A model generated the notes under the pieces. That model saw only the letters and a list, made by a program, of their open reading frames with translations. It was not told the DNA's origin and did not search any database. This document shows, in pieces, positions 12,129 through 22,341 of a DNA stretch of 64,000 nucleotides. Both the position numbers and the translations under genes were made by a program. The DNA comes from Plasmodiophora brassicae (taxonomy: Eukaryota). Location of the stretch: assembly GCA_036867785.1 (NCBI GenBank), contig CP145409.1, forward strand, positions 124,001 to 188,000, in the 5' to 3' direction. Each line of letters starts with the position of its first letter. Positions within the stretch are counted from its first letter, which is position 1.

Positions 12129-14226
12129 TCAGATCGCCGGCTCGCTGAGCCAATCGCGCGTATGGGCCATCTGCTGGCGCTTCAGTATCCGTTGCCGGAC
12201 GCTCCTGACCCAGACGACCCCGGCCGCGACCACAGTGACAAGGACGACGGCGGCGCAGGATGCACCCCTGGCTGTGGACATCGACCCGGCCCACGACGTC
12301 CATGGGGACGACGATAGCGCCATGACGGGCGCGGCTGGGCTCGTGGCGCGTCGCCGCAGCATTGCCGCACTGGGCGACAGCGTTAGGGGGCGGCGCGTTG
12401 GGTGCCGTCTCGCCGCCCAGGACGACGACGACGACCGTATGGCGGATCTGGTCGTTGAGGCGCGCGTCGACCTTCGATTGGACGCTGTTGGTACAGCTGG
12501 GTTTGTCGTCGGCCGGGATGGTACTGTCGTGCGACGCGTAGACCTTTTCGACGACGTTCCCGGCCTGGTATCGTGCCCACTCGCTGCCTTCGCGGTCGAT
12601 CGACTTGATTTCCCGATCGGGGAACGAGCTTGCCGGGAGCTGGTCCTCGGGCGCCTCGTCGTCGGGCGTTTCGTCCTGGATCGGGTGGACGGCCGTTCAA
12701 CGAGCCGGGTGCTGGATCGGCCCGGCATTGTGGTTGGGCGGCGGTTCAGGCGGGAGCTGGTCGCCCGAGGATGCCTGGACGTCGTCGGGCGTGGCGTTCG
12801 GGATCGGGACGTTGTCGGGCGTGGCGTTCGGGATCGGGACGTTGTCGCGAGCGAGACGGCGCGCAGGCCGGCCGCCATCGCGTTCAGAAGCGTGCTGCTG
12901 GAGTCGTCCTGGGACAGCTCCCAGGCCATCATGCCCAGGAGGCCATGCGCGCCGACGTACTGCGCCTTGGTCGCCAGCGATCGCGCCGACTCGTACGTGA
13001 TGAACGATGCCTGCACCGGGTTGAACGCGTACGCGGCGCACGCGGTGGCATCCCAGTAGGGCGCCCAGTTGCTGTCCGCCGCCAGCAGGTCCTGGATGTC
13101 GGGTGCGGCGAGATAGTACGACGGCGATGCAGCCGCCGACACGAACAGGCCCTGCGCCCCGGCCAGGGTAGGTGGTGTCGAGGAGGCCACACCGGTGCGC
13201 TGGAACCCATAGAACGGCACGCCGAGCACTAACTGCCCGGCAGGCACCCCGGCGGCCAGGTACGACTAGAGCGCACACAGGCGTGGGTAGGTGCCAGGCA
13301 TGGGGTTCGCCGAACCTACCAGGACGGCGGTGCCGACGGCGTTGGGCTGGGCGCCAGACGGGAACAATGGCGCGTTGTGCTTCGTGATCGGCTTGGCTTC
13401 CCACGATCCCGTGTAATCGTATCCCCTGCCGGGTCACCGGGTCAGGCGCAAACGTATGCACGGGTGGGCATGCGATCGGCCCACATGATGTTGATCCAGT
13501 CGACAACGGGGGCGATGGCGGCCGCCATCTGGAATTGTAGCGCGTTCTGGGTGCTGCTGGCCGTGGTCAGTAACGACCCGGGAGGGAGGGCGGCGCGCAG
13601 GGCGGCCATCAGCAGCGGGTACGTCGTCGCGTCCGATTGGACGGGCACCTCCCAGTCCACTGGCACCGCCACCCGTTAAGTTCAGCGATGCGCACGCGCG
13701 TGTGATGGGTGCAATACCATCAAGGCCGTCGAACGAGTACCTGGCGGCCAGCGCCGCGCAGGACTGGGCAAACGTGGCGCGGGACGCGTTCGTCGCCGCC
13801 GCCGTTTTGAAGGGCATCGCCACGTCCCCGCCCCCAACGCTCAGCGTCGTCCGCAGGCGGGGGAACCGCTTCTTCAGCTGCAGGAGCGCTGCGAGGTTCG
13901 CTACCAGAACACTCAGGTGGTGGCTGACATTGCCGGGCCGTTCCTGCACCCACCTGCGTCCTCTGCATTGGAGAGCGCGCACAGGCCGCCTATGCCCAGA
14001 AGATGGGTAACGTGGCTGAAGAGGACATGCCGACAGGCATCATACCGGAGGTGACGGTCGCGAACGCGTAGGCGATGACGTCGATGCTGCTGGCGTTGAT
14101 GCTGGCGATGGACAGCGACGTATAGTGCGGCACGTACACCTGCAGGATGGTTCGGCGCCCGGCAGCGACCGCCATGCTCACCACGACGGCAATGGCTCCC
14201 AGCGCGAATGACCCGATCGCAGCCAT
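12129..14226 (-). CDS. GH18 chitinase, type I membrane protein, copy 1 (multi-exon)
   Basis: Signal peptide; LSVGG; FDGLDVDWE across an intron; WINIM|YDYTGSW; LGVPFYG; ITYES; GMMAWELSQD; Ser/Thr/Arg stalk; TM; short tail. Confidence 0.9.
12778..12848 (-). repeat. 30-nt tandem repeat (TTSRSRTPRP) in the chitinase stalk
   Basis: gtcgggcgtggcgttcgggatcgggacgtt occurs twice. Confidence 0.8.
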
Positions 14227-15096
14227 CGTGTTGACGCTGTGGGCTGTGGAGGGGAAGATGAATATAATATCTCTCGCGGACGAATCTGGCAAGCACCATC
14301 GCCTGTGGAAACGCCAACCACACGAAGGCGATGCAGGGATCCTGTGTGTCGTAGGCGTACCGACTAGCGCGTTGGCCCCAGGCGCACGAGGCGGATGAGC
14401 GCGCCAGCCAGCACACCCGATCGGATCGTCAGTTCGGTGTCCTGTCGCACGCGGCCCCTTCGGGCGACATGGCTCGGTCCCGGCAGTACTGAAATTCGCC
14501 CACAGACACCTGCTGCTATGGGCCGACGTGGTGACCGTACCCTCCGCACTCCCACCGGATACGCTTAACGCTCTGCTATAGTAGTACCATGAACCGGGGC
14601 GGACGTGGATCAGGCAACTCCCTGTCTGATTTGTTCGCCGACGAGCATGCCGGGCGTCGAGTGGGCACCGCTTTGCTGTCGGTATTGCCGGTAGTGCTCT
14701 CGCGTTGTTCACGTTCGCTGTGGCCTCCTGTAAGGCGTCGGTATTGGTGCTTCCCCCTCCCAACCTGTTGTGTTCCTCGTACAGGTTAGTGTAAAGCTGG
14801 GGCACCGTAGTCGGTCCAGCCCTATACAGCCGACCAAGCCACCCCGACAGTATCTTTCGGCGACGTCCCCGAGAGCGCCCAACCGGTAACAACGTACGTG
14901 TCTGGGAGCCCAATAAGCCCAGATCCAACCGCTGTAAGTACGCCTCATGCAACCAGCTATGTAGGGCCCAGGGTGATAACTGTACTGTTCGCTCGCTCAT
15001 CATCACACGATATGCTTAAGGGCGCCTTAGTACATGGACCCGCGACAAGCGCTTGATCCAGCGTAGTCGGCGCCTCTATTATATCAGGCGGTGACG

Positions 15097-16088
15097 ATGC
15101 CGGCTGTGGAGGGGATCGCACTTGCAATCGGCATTGCCGGAGGTGCTCTGGGATTATCCACGATCGCCGTTGTCCTGTGTACGGCCGTGACCGTCATACG
15201 GGAAGGCAAGGTCAGCGTCCTGGTCGGATCCATCTGGAGCACCGCGTTCTGTGCCTGCATGGCTGGGACGTGCACCGCGCTCCAGTGGGTGTACCCGTGG
15301 GCGCCCTCCCAGGCGCGTGCCTGCGAAACCCTCGCCGGCGTCGTAGGCTTCTTCTGTAACATCGTTGAACACGTTGGACAAACCGATGCTGTCCCGCTGA
15401 CCTCGGGCATGCATTTCGCACAGATACCTGCACGATCGGATCCGTTCTGCAATTCCTGCACTGCCGGGCGCTGATGGTCGACGACCAGGCGCGGTCCACG
15501 CCGCTCATGAAGATGATCCAGCTGGGCATCGTCAGCGTGGTCCCATTCGCGATCTTCACGGCCGCCGTATCGCAGGGCCGCGTTGTCGATGACTTGGGCG
15601 TCTGTGTGGGATACTACCCTGTGTACGTTGCCGTCCTGATCGTCATGGCAGTCGTCGGGTTCTCCGCCCTGCTGATCTACAAATTTACGACGTCTCTACG
15701 CGAGCACCAGGCCCGCATGGCACTGCCGAACGAGAAGCTGTCCGCTGGCGACCAGACGCGCAACAAGAGGATGGAGACGCTCGCGCGACGCAACCTGTTC
15801 TTCTCGTCGATTGCGCTCGGATCCACGTTGAGCACCATGACCTACCTCCTCATCGACGACCTCGCGTACCCGACGTTCGCCCCACTCCATATGGCAATTG
15901 TGAACCTGATTGGCATCGTCGACGTTGCCATCAACTGCCTGGTCATCTGCACGTGCTCGAACGCGTAAGCAGATGGATCGACACTTTGGCGATCTCGGCT
16001 GATCAGCAGCGTTGCCAGGTGGATACCGCGAGCGTTCAAAGTGCACCCGGCTTCCCAGAAGTACGGGTCGACGAGGGCTGACCCGTAA
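15097..16088 (+). CDS. Multi-pass (about 7 TM) GPCR-like membrane protein (3 exons)
   Basis: Successive hydrophobic helices across ORFs 15091-15474 and 15474-15968. Introns ~15356-15423 and 15965-16018 restore the frame; stop at 16086-16088. Confidence 0.65.
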
Positions 16089-16152
16089 TCCGAAGCGCAC
16101 TCAACATTGCCACAGTTTGTTGCATGGTGTCGACGATGCAATACATTTACTG

Positions 16153-18480
16153 TCACATGGCCGGCTCCGTCATCCACGTCTGCATATAGGCGGCGTACTG
16201 CCGGTATCTCTGCTGCTGCTGCCTGCGCCTGATCCCGATGACACAGGCGGCACAGAAGGTGACAGCGATGACAGCGACGAAGGATGCGACCCGGGCACTC
16301 AACGCCAACCCGAACCATGACGCCGACGACGACGGTGACACCGTCGCCGGGCTCGTTGTCGGGCGCCCCCGCTGCTCAGCCGCAGCAGACCTCGTCACTG
16401 GCAACGCTGGCGAACGGATCAAACGCGTGTGCGTCGTGTCTCGTAAGCGGCTCCTGGAGTCGGCCGCCGGCGATCGTACAGACGCCCTGACCATTGTTCG
16501 CCTGGACGAGCTCAGATTCGGATGGAAAGTGGCGCCACGACGACGTGATGCCCCGGGACGTGAAGTCGTCATCGTCGTCGTCCGCTGCTGAGACCGGGAC
16601 CCAGTCGGCGGGCGTTGCGTGTGGCTCGCCACCGATTGCGACGATGCCTTAGCCGGCTTGGTGTTCGAGGTCCTTCCGCGCGAGCGCGTACGTCGGAGCG
16701 TTCGTGTCGACGGGCGTCGTGTCCCGGCTCGGGAGTTGGATGCCCTCTGCGCCTGCCTGGTGCTGGCCCGTCTGGACGTCGCATTGCGCTTGGACGCAGG
16801 TGACTGCGACGGTGGGTTGACAGCCTTCGTGCTGGATCTGTTCGCCTTCCTCGTACGCGAACGGCTTCGTCGGGAGCTGCTGCTCTTCAGCTGCCTCGAT
16901 GATGGACGTCTTGTCTTCGTTCGGGACGTTGACGTCCTCCGGGCACGTCCACTGCTGGTCGGCTTCAACTTTGTGGTTGGGCGGCGCTTGGATTTAGTGT
17001 TTGGGCGCCCCGTCGATGACGGTTTCGTCCTGGATCGCGATGTCGTTGCCTGCGAGACGGCACGAAGACCGGTAACGATCGCATTCAAGAGCGTGTTGCT
17101 GGAGTCGTCCTGGGACAGTTCCCAGACCATCATGCCGAGCAGGCCACGCGCGCCAACGTACTGTGCCTTGACCGCCAGCGACCGCGTCGACTCGTACGTG
17201 ATGAACGATGCCTGCACTGGGTTGTACGCGTACGTGGCGTTGGCGGTGGCGTCCCAGTATACGGTCCAGTTCTTGTCGGCGCTGAACAGGCTCTGAATCT
17301 GCGGCGTCTTGAGTTGGTAATAGGGCGATGCGGCCGCCGACACGAACAGGCCGGTGGCCTGGATCCCGGTCAGGTTGCGAGTCGAGGCCACACCGGTGCG
17401 CTGGAACCCATAGAACGGCACGCCGAGCACTAACTGGCCGGCGGGTACCCCGGCGGCCAGGTACGACTTGGTAGAGCGGGCGCGTCAGTGCAACGCCCGA
17501 CAGGAGATGGTGGTTATTCCCGGCACCTACCAGGACACCGGCGCCGGCGGTCTTGGGCTGGGACTTTGACGGGAACAGAGGCGACGCGTGCTTCGTGATG
17601 GGGTTGGTCTCCCAGGACCCGGTGTACGGGTATCCCCTGTGTCGGGGGGCCGCCCGCACACGTTGGTTGGCGTTTTCCAGGGATCGACGCGCCCTGCCCG
17701 ACTTACATGATGCTGATCCAGTCGACAACGGGGGCGACCGCGGCTGCCATCTGGAACTGTAATGCGTTTCCAGTGTTGCTGGCCGTGGTCAGCAACGACC
17801 CTGGCGGGAGGGCGGCGCGCAGGGCGGCGACGAGCAGCGGGTACGTTGTCGCGTCCGACTGGACGGGCACCTCCCAGTCCACTGGCACAGTACCCGCTAG
17901 GTTAGCGTCTGCACCGCGCGCGCTAGCGGTCGATGCCCAGCAGAGTTGTACCGTCAAGGCCGTCGAACGAGTAATTGGCGGCCAGCGAGGCGCACGACGC
18001 GGCGAACCTGGTGCGGGACGCGTTCGTGGCCGCCGCTGCCTGGAATGGGGCCGCCACGTCCGCCCCGCCGATGCTCAGCGTCGTTCGCAGGTGCGGAAAC
18101 TTTGTCTTCAGCTGCAGGAGCGCGGGCAGGTTCTCTAAGAGCGGGGGTCACCAGTTACACCACGCTTGGGGCAAGGTGCCGTTCCACGTCAAGGATCGCA
18201 CTTACTGGAATCCTTTGAATTGACGAGGGCGCACAGGCCGCCTGTCAGGTTGCAATGTGAACGAGGACGATGGTCGTTCGATGCGAGGCATCGTACCGGA
18301 GGTGACGGTGGCGAACGAATAGGCGATGACGTCGATGTTGCTGGCGTCAATGTTGGCGATGGTCAGCGACGTGTAGCTCGGGAGGTACACTTGCAGGATC
18401 GTGCGCCGGCCGGTCGCGATTCCCGCGACCACCACCAGCACCAAGGCGATGCATTCCATCAGCGCCCAGCGAGGTGCCAT
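16153..18480 (-). CDS. GH18 chitinase, type I membrane protein, copy 2 (multi-exon)
   Basis: Paralog of 12129-14226 with matching intron positions, FDGLDVDWE, GMMVWELSQD, a longer Arg/Ser/Thr stalk and a TM. Confidence 0.9.
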
Positions 18481-18792
18481 CGCCTACAATGTGGAACGGG
18501 GTCGGCGCGGGTGCCACTCATATCGAGGCACACTAAATATCTCTCTCTCTGGCCGATACGGGAGATTCCACATCCGCCTGCGAACGCCGACAAAGCAAAG
18601 GCGACCGCGATGCCTGGTTTCCCAGGAGCGGTTCGGCCGACATGCCTGCCTGCGTCGTCGTCGCCGATCCCTCGTCGCTATACGGTGGCCTTCGCAGGGT
18701 CAGAAATAGCTGCGAGCGGCACCTCTGAATCAGGCGCCCTGGCGGCCTCGCGCTGGCAGCGGCAGGTCGCGTGAGGCGCGCGTCCAGCATCC

Positions 18793-19725
18793 ATGCCGAC
18801 GGCGGCGGCTGCATCGTGGGCGATCGTCCTGCTGGTCGTCCTGGCCGTATCCGCTGTGGGACCCGTGCGCGCAACCAGACCGAAGCGTCGCGTCGACCGC
18901 GACGACGTCGACGCCGCCGGTGCGCTTCTTAAGCGGACCAAGGCGTTTGGGTCCTCGTTCGCGCCTGGCTCTACGGCCACCCGACGTACGTCAACGATGC
19001 CGACCCGAGGCCCTACGAACGCGCGCGAAGGTATGCCAGGGCGGTGTGGTCGCTCGACCAGCTCCAGGGGTCGACCACCACGTCCAGGCGCACGTGCCCG
19101 GCAGCGCCCTGGAGCCAACAGGCAATCCGCAGACGAATGGACCGCGATCGCCGCCGTTGCCCCGCTCAACAAGGCGCTGCCGACCAGCGAGAAGGTCGCC
19201 GTCGTCGTCGTCCCGTCAACACCTAGCCCATGCCACAATCGCAGCAACTCGTCGAGCGGCACCGCAGGCAGCGGGCACAGGCCGCCTAGGACGTCGTCGT
19301 GGAGGCGCGTCGCCAAGCGAATGCTTCCCAGCAGGACAGCCGGCGTCTCGTTCTGCGTCGTATGGATGGCCATTCGGCTGGCTAGGCGGCGGCGCCCTGC
19401 GCCCGTCCGCGCCCCTGGATGGACAGCGTCCCCTACGGCTGTGTACACGTTCAGCGCCCTGACTGCGGCCGTGCTGGCGATGCTCCGAATGCCGACGGGC
19501 GCGAATCGCCCGCCGGACGCCACGCCTGAACCTGGGCATGTCTTCGATATGTCTGCGGCGTCGGCGACGGTTCGCCTGCGCTCCGTCTGCGTTATCGTCG
19601 TGCTGACCTTCCTGGCGTCAGTGCTGCTCGCTGCCCTCCTTGCCACGTTCGTCGTCGATTGCGCCCCGTTCGGAAACCATTGGGCGACGCGCTTCATGCT
19701 CTCCATGCTCTGCCGCGTCCCATAG
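18793..19725 (+). CDS. Hypothetical secreted/membrane protein
   Basis: Signal-like N-terminus (MPTAAAASWAIVLLVVLAVSAVGPVRA) and 2-3 C-terminal hydrophobic segments. Confidence 0.45.
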   Translation: MPTAAAASWAIVLLVVLAVSAVGPVRATRPKRRVDRDDVDAAGALLKRTKAFGSSFAPGSTATRRTSTMPTRGPTNAREGMPGRCGRSTSSRGRPPRPGARARQRPGANRQSADEWTAIAAVAPLNKALPTSEKVAVVVVPSTPSPCHNRSNSSSGTAGSGHRPPRTSSWRRVAKRMLPSRTAGVSFCVVWMAIRLARRRRPAPVRAPGWTASPTAVYTFSALTAAVLAMLRMPTGANRPPDATPEPGHVFDMSAASATVRLRSVCVIVVLTFLASVLLAALLATFVVDCAPFGNHWATRFMLSMLCRVP

Positions 19726-19805
19726 CACAGGCTGTGACCACTAAAACGCACGCCAATGACAGTGTGGGGGGTTGGGCGGCGGCGATGGGGAGAGATTGGG
19801 ATCTT

Positions 19806-20258
19806 TTATGACGAGTTTGATGGGAGCACAACGGGGCCGCCGAAGCACAGGCCGAACAGGGCGATCGTCGAGCACGGCTTCTGGGAGACGGTGACCACGT
19901 TGGGGTTGGCGAACGACACGGCCGCACATCGGTCGGCAGGGGCGGCGTCGGCGCTCGGCACCTTGTCGTCCATGATCCACATCTCGGACACGCCCTGCGC
20001 CTTGGTGTACGTGCGCCTCAGCGCCGCGATGAAGTCGGGGTTGTACAGCGATGCGAGCGTGGGGATCGAGATCAGCGTCCCGCCGTTCCGGGCACATTGT
20101 GCCACAGCGTCCGCGTACGATCCCGGCCGCTCCGACGGGTGCGCGTCAGCGCCCACCGCTAACGACAACGCGTTCCGCTTCTCGTCGTCGGCGATAGCGC
20201 TGCGCGCCAGGACGTAGCCGAGCACAAGCGGCGCCAGGAGTGCAAACGGTTGGGACAT
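19806..20258 (-). CDS. Small secreted C-type-lectin-like protein
   Basis: Signal peptide MSQPFALLAPLVLGYVLARS; SYADAVAQCARNGGTLISI, MWI, DRCAAV, KPC and LC match the CTLD Cys pattern. Confidence 0.65.
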   Translation of the reverse strand: MSQPFALLAPLVLGYVLARSAIADDEKRNALSLAVGADAHPSERPGSYADAVAQCARNGGTLISIPTLASLYNPDFIAALRRTYTKAQGVSEMWIMDDKVPSADAAPADRCAAVSFANPNVVTVSQKPCSTIALFGLCFGGPVVLPSNSS

Positions 20259-20403
20259 TGGCAGCGGTTGGGAGTTCGGTGCACTATTTGGAAGTAGGGG
20301 AGCGGGCGCGCGCGCGCGGCCGGAGACCATGGCCGGAAGCACACATCAGCGGGTGAGTCACGCGAGCGATGGTCAGACGACGTACGACATGCGATCATCA
20401 TCA

Positions 20404-21206
20404 TCATCGGGCAGTGTAGAAATCCCACCAGGTCTGCTGCCTGGCGACGAGGCGGACCGTAACGAGGCGGTCGAACCCATGCGACTGAAGGACGTGTTCG
20501 ACCCAGCGCGTCTTGACCGGGCTGCCGAACAGCGCCTTCAGGTGGCTGAAGTTCTGCGACACGATCACGACCCGCCTCGCCTCGACGTCGTCATCGCTGA
20601 TCTGCCCTGGGTCCGCCAGGCGCTGCAGGCACGACGTCTCGACGAACAGTTCGATGCTCTTCCTGAACTTCTTCGCGCGCCTCTCCTCGAGGTGGCCGAA
20701 TCCGAGCGCGCTGACAACATCGTCGCAGGCGACCGACAGGTCTCGCTGCCGCGGCCGTGTGCACCCGTCCCGTAGACGGAACGCGTCGAACCCGGCCGGC
20801 AGGTTCGCGTCCTTGGCGGCAAAGTCGTCCACCGTCCCCGGCATCATCAGGAGCCGTTTACCTGCAACGTGTCAGCGTCGACAGCGACAACCGGATCGAT
20901 GCCATCCCCGGGGGGAGGGGGGCGGCGTTTGCTTAGTGTCCATCTCCTACCTAGGCGGATGTGCTCGTCGACCCAGGGGGCCCATCCCGCAATGTCGCCC
21001 TTCTGGTACCCGATCGCGAGCGTCGAATTGACAACGTAGACGTCGTCGTGGCTCATGGTCGGCAGTGGCCGCGAACCGTACAGAACGCCAACGCAGGCGC
21101 CCGTCTCTGCGTCGGCGGCGGCGGCGTTCGCCCCCGGCACCGTCCACAGCGTTCGCAATCGGCATCGTACGCGGCGTGCGACCGCCGACGCCCTGCCACA
21201 CGACAT
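20404..21206 (-). CDS. Hypothetical protein (2 exons)
   Basis: ORFs 20847-21206 and 20404-20847 join in frame through a GT-AG intron (~20862-20951), giving HIRL|GKRLLMMPG. No family recognised. Confidence 0.55.
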
Positions 21207-21309
21207 CGCCGCCGGCGCTCCTCAGCCAAATCGGCGGCGCTCCCGGTGCCCGCCCGTCCGCGCTCGCTCGCGAAGACCGACGAAGGTACCCCTAGGGTGG
21301 CCGCTAGCT

Positions 21310-22213
21310 CTACAGTTTAGGTCCTGGTCGGGTGGCGTCGATGAGACCGCGCTTCGGGGACGCCAGGACGACGCGCCCGTTCGGGCGGTCGTTGAGGAGC
21401 GCGACGATGCCCGTGACGACGACGTCGATGGGGACGGTGCCGGCGCTGGACACGGCCTCGGTGAACCCGTCGACGGCCCGCTTGCCGTCGTTGAGCAGGG
21501 CCGTGTCGACGAACCCGGGGCAGATGCACGATACGGCGATATCGCGACGACGCGCTTCGCTGGACCGCGCCGCCGCCTTCGTCAGCATGATCACGCCGGC
21601 CTTGGCGGCCGAATAGACGGGCTGGATCGACATCGGGATGAGGCCGGCCAGCGATGCAACGTTGACGACGCTGCAACCGTCGGCTGCGTATCGAAGCGCC
21701 AACGCCACGCCGAACACGACGCCGAGCAGGTCGACGTCGATGGTCCGGCGCCAGGCCTTGGCGTCGACGGCTGCATCGGAGCCGGGCGGCCCGTTGAACA
21801 CGGTCGAACCCTCGCCCAGGCCAGCATTGTTGACAACGCCGATGACAGGACCGAACCTGACCCCCAGGACGACAAGTCAGACGTTGGTTGGTCCCGCCGC
21901 GCAGGTGTGTTCGCACGACCGCTGGGCCTGCAGGAACGCGCCCGCGAACGATTCGTACGACGTGACGTCGACGCCCGGGACGATCAGGACGCGATCGCTG
22001 CCGAACTGTCGTTGCAGGGCGGCGACGGTCCCCGCCTGGTCCAACGGCTTCCGATCGACGACGCAGACGCGCGACGTCGGCGACGTCTCCAGCAGGCGCC
22101 GGGCGACGGCCGCGCCGAACCCACTGAATCCCCTGCGGAACGCCACCCCGTCATCGTCGGAGCGAGATCGCGCGTCATCCCCGTCGAACCCACCCGGTAA
22201 TGACGACGACCAT
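21310..22213 (-). CDS. Short-chain dehydrogenase/reductase (15-PGDH-like; 3 exons)
   Basis: MVVVITGG|FSGFG (TGxxxGxG), VVNNAG, VVNVASLAG, YSAAK (YxxxK) and CPGFVDT. Confidence 0.9.
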
Positions 22214-22341
22214 CGCGACGCGCCCAGACGCAGAGAGAGGCCTCTCGAGGCTTACCGTATCTACCAGTGACGGAAGGCAAGCAGGGATGGGAGGCGCCGC
22301 GTATCGTTCTGTGTTCATTTCTGACGCCGGCAATGCGTCGC

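Noticed and set aside
14227-15006. Long in-frame extension upstream of chitinase copy 1
   Set aside because: The paralog starts at the equivalent signal-peptide Met, so the extension looks like chance open frame.
18678-19751. 357-aa minus-strand ORF
   Set aside because: Antisense to the plus-strand ORF that has a clearer signal peptide and TM segments. Not fully excluded.
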